A DNA stretch of 64,000 nucleotides from Candidatus Saccharimonadota bacterium (GCA_050486305.1 JBJHDA010000001.1:243071-307070); one strand, 5' to 3'. Shown: positions 10,061 through 19,528, counted from the first letter of the stretch. Notes: generated by a model from the letters alone, not told the origin. A program made the numbers and translations.

Positions 10061-13000
10061 TCATTGTTGTAATAGATCTTCTTGGAATTTTACTATGCCG
10101 TCATACGATTGTTCGTAGCTGCTGGTGTCTGGAAAATCAAGCTTCATAATGCGCTGCCATACCACATCTATCAATCGTTCTGTTTCTGCAATGTCTTCTT
10201 TAGTTGGAGTGTAGCTTCGAATCAGGTCTTTCTCGCTATCTGCTTGCAAGTACATCATCGCGCCCTCAATGTTTATATACGTTCCGAACCGTGGGCTGTT
10301 TTTTAGAAGCACTGCGTAGAACTTAAGCTGTGTTTTTTGCTTCCAGGCTTTGATCTGCAGGTTTTTGTCTTTCGTTTCAAAGCTGCGGAGCGGATTTCCA
10401 GTTTTGTAGTCGATAACGCGCAGGCTTTCCTTTGATAAAACGTCTATTCGGTCAAGCTTACCGCTGAGTCGTGCCTGCTTTAGTGCGATATCTTTAAATG
10501 ATTGCTCTGGCTTGCTGCCCTTTGGCATGGTCAGCCCAATATTTGTAAATAGGTTATCAAGCATTTGTTCGCCGTGTGGGATGTAACGTTCTGTTTCTTC
10601 TGCTGGCAAATACTCGCTTTTTAGTGCGGTTACGTAGGCTCGTTTTACTTTATCCAGGTTAAACGTGCCGGTATTCGTAAGCAGCTGCGCTTCTTGGAGT
10701 GCGGCGTGCATGGCAGTTCCGAATGCTAGACTGGTGGTCTTTGCCTCTGGTAAACGCAGCAAATTGCGTTCAACGAAATATGCCGGCCCGCCACTGGTGA
10801 TGTCTAGAAAGTTTAAAAGATGGGTAACGCTCAAGTTGTATGTCTCTAGCCTGCCGCGTAAGTATGCTTCCTGCCGGACGGATCCGACGCTAGGCCAGCG
10901 CAAATGGTCTTCTAGGATGGCGGTCTGCTCGGCAACCGATCCGGCTGGCATTTTTTCATAACTATCTATAGCGTTGCGGATGAGCGGTGTTGGCAGGACG
11001 TCCTCCCCGGCGTGATCATAATAGTAGCTTGTCGCGATGATGGAATGCTTTGCCCTAGTTACTGCCACGTACATAAGACGAGCGTAATCATCTGCGTCGT
11101 CGCCGTGCGGCTGGAGCGGTAGGTTTGCCGGTGCTTTTTTGCCGCCAGTGCGTGGCTGCCAGTTGTCTTCTATCGCATCGATGATATATGCCGTATCGAA
11201 CTCCAGGCCTTTGGCTTTGTGGACTGTTAGTAACTGAACGGCTTGCTCATTGATGACGAATGGCGACTCGTCCGTAATGACCTGTCCATTTTCGCGGTTT
11301 AGCTCTATAAAGCGCAGCAAATCTTCTAAGTCTGGCTTTTCGCTGCCTCGCGAAAAATCGGTTACACTCGTACGCAGCAACTGGATGGCCGATAGTCCGT
11401 GCAGATAGTCCTCTGTTTTGTCGGTTTTGTCAGATATAAAATACTGTTTGAGTGGGCTGGTATAGCCTTCCCCTTCTCTGAGGCCGAGGAAATGCTCTAT
11501 CAGAATAGGCAATGGCTGGCTGGAACTTTCCTGCGAAAGCCAAAGGAGCCAGTTGGCTATTGCCTGGATGGACTCGTTTTCGTGATTGCGTAGCGAATCC
11601 AGCCAGGCTGGCTCTTTAAAGTTCGCGGCAGCTAGCTGCCATAATTCGTCCGGCTTGATCTTCCAGGCCGGGTGGCGGATAAGTTGGCTGAGCGTGTAGT
11701 CAACCCGGGCAGTATCTCCGCTTCGTATCGCCAGCACCACATCTGCTAGGAGCGCTACCTGGTTTATTAGCTCGTGGTCTAAGATATTGCGTTGCTTTTC
11801 GTAACGGACTGGGACGCCTCGTTCAATTAGCAGGTGCGCGATTGACTGCAAGCTCCCGTGACCTCGGGCGATAACCGCAATGCTTTCATTTGCTTTATTG
11901 CCGTGGCGGGTTTTTATGTCTTGTGCCACTGCGCTTAACTGTTCTTCGCGTGAGGCATAGCTTTTATGGAGTATCTCGCCTTTTTGCTTGGGTGGGTTTT
12001 TAGCAACGAGGTCTTTCGTGATAGTATCGTCGCGCTTTACCAAGCGGTCTTCGGCGTGTTCGATTACCTTAGCTGCGGTATCCAGTACTTGCTGGCTGGA
12101 GCGGTAGTTTTCTGTTAAGACAATCTGCTTGGTTGCCGGATAGGTTCGTCGGAAACTGAGCATGTTGTTTAGCTCGGCACCATTAAACTTATAAATAGAT
12201 TGGTCATCATCGCCCACTACCATAAGATTCGGCTTGCCCTCTGCCGTGTGATGATCGGATACGAGGTGTGCCAAGCGGAGTTGTGCGGCGTTCGTATCCT
12301 GGAACTCGTCAATCAGTACATACAGAAAGCGCTCTTGCACTTCTGCCCGTAAGTCAGCGCGTTGCTCAAGCTGGCTTATTACTTCTACCAGCATGTCTGA
12401 ATAGTCATAGTAGCCGCGGGCGTGCAGTTCGTCCCGGTATGATTGGTATACGTCTGCTAGGGATTTCCACCAGGCGTTTCGTTTTCGCTCTGTGTGCATA
12501 CCTTTCTCGCCAGCGACGGATTGTATCCAGCGGCGCTTCCAGGCACTGGTGTTGGTTGATTTATTTGTGCCTTCGTCTTTAGCGATCGCTTCATCCAGGC
12601 TTTCTTTTATTGCATCGTCTAATGGTAAGAGCGGCATGCTGTCGCGGCTAAGGCCTTGTTCTGGCAGGTCTTGGATTGCTACTTGCAAGTCTGGTAATTT
12701 TTTTGCACTGAGCGTCGTAGATAATATTTCGATAAGCTGGGGCTCGATAAGGTCTATGTAAACTTCGTTTAGCTGGATGATGGCGTGCAACTTCTCTGGT
12801 GTTAGGCCGGCTTCTTTCGTTAACTTTAGCCCGGAGCGCACGTCTTTTACGCCTGTAAACTGTCCGGCAAATTTCATAGCAAGCGGGTTATCAAGTGGCA
12901 GCTTGGTCAATATATCCTGGATTATTTCCAGCTGTACGGCATCCGGCGCGGTTGAAAGCCGAGCGCCATTCCAGAAATACTCCGGGTACATGTTCATGAT

Positions 13001-13291
13001 TTCTGCAGCAAAGCTATGGAAGGTTTTAACTACTGCGGATCGCCCCGCTGATCCGACGAGACCTGTGAGCCTATCGCGCATGTTAGTAGCGGCTTTGTTG
13101 GTGAACGTCAGACATAATATGTTGCTGGCGTTTGTGTCTGTTTTTGCAAGGATGTTGGCAACGCGTGCGCTGAGGAGCTGGGTCTTCCCTGTGCCCGGGC
13201 CGGCAATCACGAGCAGCGGCCCGTCGATCGTGTCGACGGCTTTGCGCTGCTGCTGGTTTAGCTTTTTGTACTCCGTGTCAAAATCTGTCAT
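10061..13291 (-). CDS. UvrD/PcrA/AddA-type superfamily-1 helicase with C-terminal PD-(D/E)XK nuclease-like module
   Basis: Walker A 'AGPGTGKT', motif II 'LIDEFQDTN', 'VGDDDQSIY', 'TVHKAKGLEF', 'YVAVTRAK', and a C-terminal 'GKLDRIDV...LRVIDYKTG' nuclease-like motif. Confidence 0.9.
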   Translation of the reverse strand: MTDFDTEYKKLNQQQRKAVDTIDGPLLVIAGPGTGKTQLLSARVANILAKTDTNASNILCLTFTNKAATNMRDRLTGLVGSAGRSAVVKTFHSFAAEIMNMYPEYFWNGARLSTAPDAVQLEIIQDILTKLPLDNPLAMKFAGQFTGVKDVRSGLKLTKEAGLTPEKLHAIIQLNEVYIDLIEPQLIEILSTTLSAKKLPDLQVAIQDLPEQGLSRDSMPLLPLDDAIKESLDEAIAKDEGTNKSTNTSAWKRRWIQSVAGEKGMHTERKRNAWWKSLADVYQSYRDELHARGYYDYSDMLVEVISQLEQRADLRAEVQERFLYVLIDEFQDTNAAQLRLAHLVSDHHTAEGKPNLMVVGDDDQSIYKFNGAELNNMLSFRRTYPATKQIVLTENYRSSQQVLDTAAKVIEHAEDRLVKRDDTITKDLVAKNPPKQKGEILHKSYASREEQLSAVAQDIKTRHGNKANESIAVIARGHGSLQSIAHLLIERGVPVRYEKQRNILDHELINQVALLADVVLAIRSGDTARVDYTLSQLIRHPAWKIKPDELWQLAAANFKEPAWLDSLRNHENESIQAIANWLLWLSQESSSQPLPILIEHFLGLREGEGYTSPLKQYFISDKTDKTEDYLHGLSAIQLLRTSVTDFSRGSEKPDLEDLLRFIELNRENGQVITDESPFVINEQAVQLLTVHKAKGLEFDTAYIIDAIEDNWQPRTGGKKAPANLPLQPHGDDADDYARLMYVAVTRAKHSIIATSYYYDHAGEDVLPTPLIRNAIDSYEKMPAGSVAEQTAILEDHLRWPSVGSVRQEAYLRGRLETYNLSVTHLLNFLDITSGGPAYFVERNLLRLPEAKTTSLAFGTAMHAALQEAQLLTNTGTFNLDKVKRAYVTALKSEYLPAEETERYIPHGEQMLDNLFTNIGLTMPKGSKPEQSFKDIALKQARLSGKLDRIDVLSKESLRVIDYKTGNPLRSFETKDKNLQIKAWKQKTQLKFYAVLLKNSPRFGTYINIEGAMMYLQADSEKDLIRSYTPTKEDIAETERLIDVVWQRIMKLDFPDTSSYEQSYDGIVKFQEDLLQQ

Positions 13292-13376
13292 ATTGCTAGC
13301 CTTATTGTAGCAGTCAATTGCCTACTTATAACTTATGCTTGCAGGCTGTAGCGGCGTTCGGTTACTATAACCCATT

Positions 13377-13796
13377 ATGAGAGAGCCAGTACCAGAACAG
13401 TTAACAACTCCAGAAACAAAAGAACAACTTACAGAAGCTGACCTACGGGTCGGTATACTTATGGCCGTGGGTGCCCAAGGCGCTGCTGATTCGGCGGAAG
13501 AAGTCTTTGACGTATTGCCGGACGAGCTCGAGCCAGTCGTGGATCGGGTTATCCGCCGGGCAAACATCTATACGGATTACTACGACGATGACTCAAGGCT
13601 TTTTGAAGATTACTTGGTGGAGGACGAGACCGTCCATGAATGGGTTATGCGCGACGCGGAAGACAGGTATGTACTTACGGGTGCCGGATCGTTGAAGCTA
13701 ACGAGCATAATTACCCATCCCGACACAGTGAACCGTGACATGTTTGACGCGGTCTGCCTGAAGATTTGCCAGCGCTTTCCTGAAGAAGCGGTTTAG
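13377..13796 (+). CDS. hypothetical acidic protein (139 aa)
   Basis: ORF followed by a strong hairpin. No domain recognised. Confidence 0.6.
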   Translation: MREPVPEQLTTPETKEQLTEADLRVGILMAVGAQGAADSAEEVFDVLPDELEPVVDRVIRRANIYTDYYDDDSRLFEDYLVEDETVHEWVMRDAEDRYVLTGAGSLKLTSIITHPDTVNRDMFDAVCLKICQRFPEEAV

Positions 13797-13814
13797 CAGT
13801 ACGGGATAATAAGA

Positions 13815-13840
13815 AAGACCGCCGGTGGGGTGGCGGTCTT
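13815..13840. terminator. bidirectional hairpin between convergent genes
   Basis: AAGACCGCC (13815-13823) pairs perfectly with GGCGGTCTT (13832-13840) around an 8-nt loop. On the minus strand it is followed by TCTTATT. Confidence 0.55.
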
Positions 13841-13873
13841 ACGTAGTGGTGGTAGGATTTTTGCTTGGAGCTG

Positions 13874-14041
13874 TTACCAGGCAGTCTTCTGCCGAAGCTT
13901 TCTCCAGCGCCGTGCCTGCATCCGCTTGGCCTTTAGCCTCCAGTTAGAGTCTATCGGCTCCTCTAGGATGTCCATTAGGTCTGCGCTTTTTATTTCTGAG
14001 GTTTGTATTGGTTTGGTCCAACGTTTTTTTTCGTATTTCAT
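13874..14041 (-). CDS. small basic protein, 55 aa (below the ORF-track cutoff)
   Basis: Minus-strand ATG at 14041 is preceded by AAGGGGAGG with ~5-nt spacing. It translates to MKYEKKRWTKPIQTSEIKSADLMDILEEPIDSNWRLKAKRMQARRWRKLRQKTAW and ends just before the 13815-13840 hairpin. Confidence 0.45.
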   Translation of the reverse strand: MKYEKKRWTKPIQTSEIKSADLMDILEEPIDSNWRLKAKRMQARRWRKLRQKTAW

Positions 14042-14339
14042 GTGGCCTCCCCTTAACTCTTATTTTTGTTACCTTATATTATCGTGCCGGTGGCTGAGCT
14101 GTCCGTGAGATTAGGCACAATTTTATTTGATAAATGTCACACAAAACAAAATGTACTTGCGTTTATGCGAAATTAGTCGCATAATTCGCAACAGAAATAT
14201 TTGGGTGGCGGTACATTAAGCTAATAACTTCGTTTCATGGAAGTCACTTGAAACATTCCCGGTAATTTGGTCGCTTAGGGGATGCGTAGACAGTAGCGAA
14301 ACCGTTCCGTGATTGAGTCTGTTTGTAAGGAGATTCAAC

Positions 14340-17300
14340 ATGGGTACGGTTCAACTCAGTCAATTTAAGAATATCTTAGGGCGCTCACGCAACATCTTGC
14401 TAGCGTTCGTTTTTATCTTCACCCAGCTTTTCGTCCCGCTGAGTTTTGCGATTAACGTCGCTGAGGCTGGTTCGGACGCAATATCTACCTCGACTCATCA
14501 GGGACAGCTAAAGGATGAGGATACCGGTAACTTGCTTGGATATACTTCCGGCAATGTTACAACCTATAAGGAGCTTGACTCTATTAACTTTAGATTTACC
14601 CTAGACAGCGACGATGAGGCCTCTGGAAGAATGAGGGTCAGTTTCGCTGGCGACATAACAACTGGTCAGCAGTGTGTATTTTTTCAGCAAGCTTTTTCAC
14701 TAGGTACTCATGACAATTCAGCACCAGCTGTTGAAAGTATTTCCGGCGTAGAACCCAGCGTAACGACAGTCGGTACACCGATTAAGGATGGGAATAGGTG
14801 GGCACAGGTATTGGATGTTGACTTCAGCGGCGGCTCGGGTATAGCAGTAGTAAACTATCACTTAACTCTCACAGATGAAGCTGGCAATTGTGGTGGTTCT
14901 TCAACCCACACAAGCTTAGACAATGCAAAACCTGAAGATTTTGATGACCCTGATGACTATACAGACGACTTTAAAACTATTGGTACTCAGTCAGTATCAA
15001 TACCAGCAAAAGACATACTGATACTCCCGTCAATTACCATTATTAAATCGGTTGAAAGCGGTGACGCAGAGCCGCATGAATTTAGTTTTGCTGTGTCCCC
15101 AGAGATTAATGGGCAATCTAGCTTTTCAATTTCGGAGGGTCAAAGTTCAGTGCTCATAGACAATGTTGACCCTGGGTTCCCAGATAATCCAATTGAATAT
15201 ACGTTCACAGAATCAGGACCAGAGGGTTATGTTTTCGATGGAGGATCTGGAGTTAACTGCTCTGTCGTTGATGCTTCAATTGGTACTCCTGATGGACAAA
15301 TGCTAGTTTCCGGACTTGAGGCTAGCTCAAATGAAAACCATGTAAAAAACGCAGAATGTACTTTTAGTAATGTAGAACAAACCGGCTCAATAAAGATTGA
15401 AAAAGCTGCCGATGGCGACCAGGAACAAGACTTTAAATTTACAGCTACTGGCGGCGGTGTCGATGACTTTACTCTAACTGGCACTGACAACAAGACATTT
15501 TCTGGACTTTCAGCTGGCGAATACACATTTACTGAAGAGGATGTTACTGAATTTGGCTGGGATTTGACAGCGATTAGTTGTGAGGACGCAGACGGCACAA
15601 CGTGGGATGTCGACACGCGAACTGCGACAGTTGATCTTGCGGCGGGTCAGGATGTGACCTGTAAGTTTACTAACGTGGAGCGTGGTGAAATCGTAGTCAC
15701 GAAAGAAACTAACCCGTCCGATAGTGAAACGGAATTTGAGATAACTGCATCAACTAATGACGGGACAATTTTTGATGATGCTACGCAAACTATAAAGGAC
15801 GATGGAAGCACTGTAACCTACGGAGTAACGCCAGGTACTTACGATGTGACTGAGAATCTGCCGGAGGGCTGGCGATTGGCAGAAAACGGTTGCTTAGGCG
15901 TCGAGGTGGCTGCTGGTCAGTCAGTTGACTGTACGATTAAGAATGAGCGGCTGGCACAGCTTACAATCATCAAGGAAGCTATCCCAGCAAGCAATCAAGT
16001 ATTTGAATTTTTCACTGACAACCTTTCTCCAGCTGAATTTACATTAGTTGATGATAAGGAAGATGATGACAGTAATATAAAAGTATTTGATAACTTAAAC
16101 CCAGGCGAGATGTATAAGGTTACAGAACAGTCAACTCCAGGATGGCAGCTGACTGACCTGGACTGTAGCTCGACGGCTACGGTTGATAAAGATGCGCGCC
16201 AAGTTACGTATGCCCCTGCACCTGGTGATGATGTGACATGTACGTTTACAAATACGAAGCTTGGTTCAATCTCCGGCACGAAGTTTGAGGCCAATGCTGA
16301 CGGATCAACAAGCAATACATTAGCTGAGTGGACAATTAAACTATTGCTAGAAGGTGCTGAGGTAGACGAGACCGAGACCGATGTTAACGGCAACTACACA
16401 TTTGAAGGCCTTCTCCCGGGCAACTACACGATAATCGAAGTATTAAAAGATGACTGGACACAAATATTTGAGCCAGACGAAGTAGATCTGTCTGCTGGTG
16501 AAAACAGCACGGATAATGATTTCGGCAACTTTGAGAACGTGACCATCAGCGGCTATAAGTGGAATGACCTTGATGGTAACGGTGAATGGAATACCGAAAC
16601 AGAGCCTGGACTAGAAAACTGGGCAATCCACCTCTACCAGAGCGATGACAATACTGCGGAAGGAAATTACGAACCCTTCGCTGATACAACTACGGATGAA
16701 GACGGTTTTTACAGTTTTGACGATATCAGCCCCCTTCCTTCCCGCTTCTACAAGATTTGCGAGGTGCAGCAAACAGGCTGGAAGCAAACCTATCCTAATA
16801 CAGATGACGATTGCCATGAAGTAGAAGTGCTACAATCTGGCACAGATATAACTGATAAAAACTTTGGTAACCAGGGTCGCGGAACCATCCAGGTGTTTAA
16901 GAATGTAGACGAAAACGGCGATGGCACGATTGACAACCAAGGCGCAGACGACTGGGCCTGGGATATAGACGGCGGGGGCAACCTCCAAACCGGCGGACTA
17001 GCTAAAGAGGTAGCCGCGGGAGACTACACAGTTAGCGAACAGATGAAAGACGGCTACCACTTCACCTCAGTTGAATGTACCGTGAACGGAAATGAACTCA
17101 CTGTAGCCCAGACTGAATCATTTGACGTGACAGTTGGTCCGGGAGAAAGCGTGGTTTGTACTTTCGTAAATACTCGTGACACTGGCCAAATAAGGTTAGT
17201 AAAACACCTTGAGCCGAAAAATGACAAAGGGCGGTTTAATCTACACATTGAAGGAGAAGACTTTAGTCATACCAGATGGCTTGCCACACATGGAAGCTCA

Positions 17301-18854
17301 ACTGGCTTTCAGACGGTCGCAACTGGTAAATATACTTTAAGTGAAACCGGAAGTAAGCTATTTAAGACCAATCTCGATGAATACGACACAACGTACAAGT
17401 GTTACCGTGCTGGATTTTGGTGGCCGATACTTGTTGCTAGCGGTGAAGGAGCCGTTATCGAAGATGTTCCGGTGAAAAAGGATTGGAGAGTTACCTGTAC
17501 ATTTACCAACAAGCGAAAACCACAAATCACGGTGATAAAAAATGCCGAGCCAAAGAGCCTGGAGAGATTCTTGTTCTCGATACGTCAGGAAAAGCAGAAC
17601 GACAAACCAGTTGAATTTCCTGGTGTATTTAACGGAGAGCAACCGTTTGATCCGCTCTACTTTGGCGAGCAGTGGTGGTCAAAGCCTATCAGCATCTTTT
17701 CGCTTCGTCACACCCACTCAAGCCACAAGACGAACAGCAATCAGCATACAGAAGTGCTGAAGCCAGGGACCTATAAGATAACCGAGATGAAGAAAAAAGG
17801 CTGGTTCTTAGAAAATATCGAATGCGATGGCATTGACTATACTATTGAGGACAACGCTGTTTATCTGACTGTAGGCTATGGCGACAAAGTTAGCTGTACG
17901 TTTAAGAATGAAAAGGCTGGAGAAGTTGTAGTTACGAAATACGAAGATCTTGAACGTACTGGCTCTAGAAGCGAGACAGACAAGCTACTTGAGGACTGGA
18001 CAATTACTCTTACCTGCAGTGACCAGTATGGCGAAGATTGCGATGACGCAGAGTTGAAGACCGATGAAAACGGACAAGCTGTTTTTGAAAACGTACGGCC
18101 GAACCGCCATTACGAGGTTGGGGAAGTACAGCAGGAAGGCTGGCAATTAATCGGCATTACTTGCTGGACTAATTCTCAGAAATTCCGGTTACTTGGGCCT
18201 AATCCGAAGATATACTACGAGCAAGGAAGCATATCCGTTATGCCTGGTCAAACTGTTCATTGTGAAATTGGAAATGCGCGTGATTTGATTATTGAGCTTG
18301 AAAAAGAGAATGATGCGGATGATGTTCGGTCAATCGGAGATATCGTTACCTATACGTTGACGGTATCGATACCAGAAACTAGCGGCATATCGTACAACAC
18401 GACCGTTACTGACTTGCCACCGGAGAACTTTGAGTACATAGAGGGTAGCTGGACCGTTGATAGCAATAACCTGAATGTAGCTACGGAAGTTGGGGCAGGC
18501 CCGACTTATGCCTCACCTGGCGACTGGAATCTCGGAACACTCTTCCCTGGCGATGAAGTTGTCCTGACATATCAGGCTCGAATTCTAGAAGAGGTAACAC
18601 CGGGCACCTACCCTGACATTGCTTACGCGAGTGGATTTAATACTGACGTGGGCGGAGACATCGTGTACTCTAATGTGCACTTTGCTGATGAGCCATTTGA
18701 TGGGTCGGAAGTTACAGTTGCGGACGAGCGACCAGAGCCGAGAGTTTTGGCCAAAACTGGAGCGCCAGTCACTTGGCAATATATAGCAGTACCGGTATTA
18801 CTGATTGGACTCGCTATCTCACTTGTTCGACGCGAAACGAAAGGAGCGCTCTAA
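14340..18854 (+). CDS. giant cell-surface protein: signal peptide, ~10 Ig/prealbumin-like (Cna-B / SdrD-B / SpaA-like) repeats, DUF11-like domain, LAXTG sorting signal
   Basis: AAGGAG lies 7 nt before ATG 14340, and the N-terminal signal peptide ends ...AINVAEA. A recurrent ~100-aa unit starts 'G.I.V.K' and ends 'V.C.F.N'. 'YKWNDLDGNGEWN' resembles SdrD-B. The C-terminus is LAKTG (18747-18761), then a hydrophobic helix, then RRETK. Confidence 0.9.
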   Translation: MGTVQLSQFKNILGRSRNILLAFVFIFTQLFVPLSFAINVAEAGSDAISTSTHQGQLKDEDTGNLLGYTSGNVTTYKELDSINFRFTLDSDDEASGRMRVSFAGDITTGQQCVFFQQAFSLGTHDNSAPAVESISGVEPSVTTVGTPIKDGNRWAQVLDVDFSGGSGIAVVNYHLTLTDEAGNCGGSSTHTSLDNAKPEDFDDPDDYTDDFKTIGTQSVSIPAKDILILPSITIIKSVESGDAEPHEFSFAVSPEINGQSSFSISEGQSSVLIDNVDPGFPDNPIEYTFTESGPEGYVFDGGSGVNCSVVDASIGTPDGQMLVSGLEASSNENHVKNAECTFSNVEQTGSIKIEKAADGDQEQDFKFTATGGGVDDFTLTGTDNKTFSGLSAGEYTFTEEDVTEFGWDLTAISCEDADGTTWDVDTRTATVDLAAGQDVTCKFTNVERGEIVVTKETNPSDSETEFEITASTNDGTIFDDATQTIKDDGSTVTYGVTPGTYDVTENLPEGWRLAENGCLGVEVAAGQSVDCTIKNERLAQLTIIKEAIPASNQVFEFFTDNLSPAEFTLVDDKEDDDSNIKVFDNLNPGEMYKVTEQSTPGWQLTDLDCSSTATVDKDARQVTYAPAPGDDVTCTFTNTKLGSISGTKFEANADGSTSNTLAEWTIKLLLEGAEVDETETDVNGNYTFEGLLPGNYTIIEVLKDDWTQIFEPDEVDLSAGENSTDNDFGNFENVTISGYKWNDLDGNGEWNTETEPGLENWAIHLYQSDDNTAEGNYEPFADTTTDEDGFYSFDDISPLPSRFYKICEVQQTGWKQTYPNTDDDCHEVEVLQSGTDITDKNFGNQGRGTIQVFKNVDENGDGTIDNQGADDWAWDIDGGGNLQTGGLAKEVAAGDYTVSEQMKDGYHFTSVECTVNGNELTVAQTESFDVTVGPGESVVCTFVNTRDTGQIRLVKHLEPKNDKGRFNLHIEGEDFSHTRWLATHGSSTGFQTVATGKYTLSETGSKLFKTNLDEYDTTYKCYRAGFWWPILVASGEGAVIEDVPVKKDWRVTCTFTNKRKPQITVIKNAEPKSLERFLFSIRQEKQNDKPVEFPGVFNGEQPFDPLYFGEQWWSKPISIFSLRHTHSSHKTNSNQHTEVLKPGTYKITEMKKKGWFLENIECDGIDYTIEDNAVYLTVGYGDKVSCTFKNEKAGEVVVTKYEDLERTGSRSETDKLLEDWTITLTCSDQYGEDCDDAELKTDENGQAVFENVRPNRHYEVGEVQQEGWQLIGITCWTNSQKFRLLGPNPKIYYEQGSISVMPGQTVHCEIGNARDLIIELEKENDADDVRSIGDIVTYTLTVSIPETSGISYNTTVTDLPPENFEYIEGSWTVDSNNLNVATEVGAGPTYASPGDWNLGTLFPGDEVVLTYQARILEEVTPGTYPDIAYASGFNTDVGGDIVYSNVHFADEPFDGSEVTVADERPEPRVLAKTGAPVTWQYIAVPVLLIGLAISLVRRETKGAL

Positions 18855-19528
18855 TGAAACGCCTACTACTATCACTTGCAATTTTACTTGCTCTACCACT
18901 TGTATTTTCTAGCTTGGCTCATGCCGACTTTTCGAGATGGAAGGTAGAAATGTCTGACCCAACAACATCAGACCAGCTACGCAGCTTTAATATTGAGTTC
19001 ACTGCCCTGACAGTCGAGGACACGACAATAACCGTCCGGCTCATAGAGAACGGCACGCAGATTGGCGACGATAGAGTAACGCCAAGCGGCGGAGGTTCTG
19101 GCGTATTCCACGTAACCGTACCTGAAGACGGTGTGTATGCGTACCACTTGCGCTCTACCAGCAACTCAGAAACTAGAAATACAGAAACCAGAAACGTCAG
19201 AGTGTCTACCGTTGATGACGAGACGACAATAGAAGTTGACCCAGAGCTAACACCAGAGGAAGAAGCGCAATTAATACAAGCGCAAACTGGCCAGCCAGTA
19301 GCCGGAACGCAGGTTGGTGATGGTGAAGCCACAGACGCAGACGGCGAAATTACCGACGAGGCAGCCGTAACTGATGAGGACGAGAATGGTGATGTACTTG
19401 GTGTTGACGATGACGAAGACGACGAAGACGATGGAACCGGTGCAATCTTACGCAACATCCTTATCGTGATTGCGTTACTCGGGGTTATGTACTATATCTT
19501 CTTCCGCAAACGAGGAAACGAAAGCTAA
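18854..19528 (+). CDS. secreted, C-terminally membrane-anchored acidic protein (224 aa)
   Basis: Its ATG overlaps the upstream TAA as TAATG. Signal peptide is MKRLLLSLAILLALPLVFSSLAHA. It has a D/E-rich tract and a C-terminal TM helix followed by FRKRGNES. Confidence 0.75.
   Translation: MKRLLLSLAILLALPLVFSSLAHADFSRWKVEMSDPTTSDQLRSFNIEFTALTVEDTTITVRLIENGTQIGDDRVTPSGGGSGVFHVTVPEDGVYAYHLRSTSNSETRNTETRNVRVSTVDDETTIEVDPELTPEEEAQLIQAQTGQPVAGTQVGDGEATDADGEITDEAAVTDEDENGDVLGVDDDEDDEDDGTGAILRNILIVIALLGVMYYIFFRKRGNES

Noticed and set aside
12268-13310. Plus-strand ORFs of 89-177 aa inside the helicase gene
   Set aside because: They are antisense to a gene with complete, well-ordered helicase motifs. 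They have no SD and unusual composition.
13830-14108. 92-aa plus-strand ORF
   Set aside because: It is Cys/Phe/Ser-rich with no SD and starts inside a terminator hairpin. The opposite strand carries a better-supported 55-aa ORF with a strong SD.
18919-19458. 179-aa Ser-rich minus-strand ORF
   Set aside because: It is antisense to the D/E-rich region of the 18854-19528 gene, a low-complexity artefact. The same explanation applies to 42773-43111, which is poly-Ser antisense to the poly-Asp tail.
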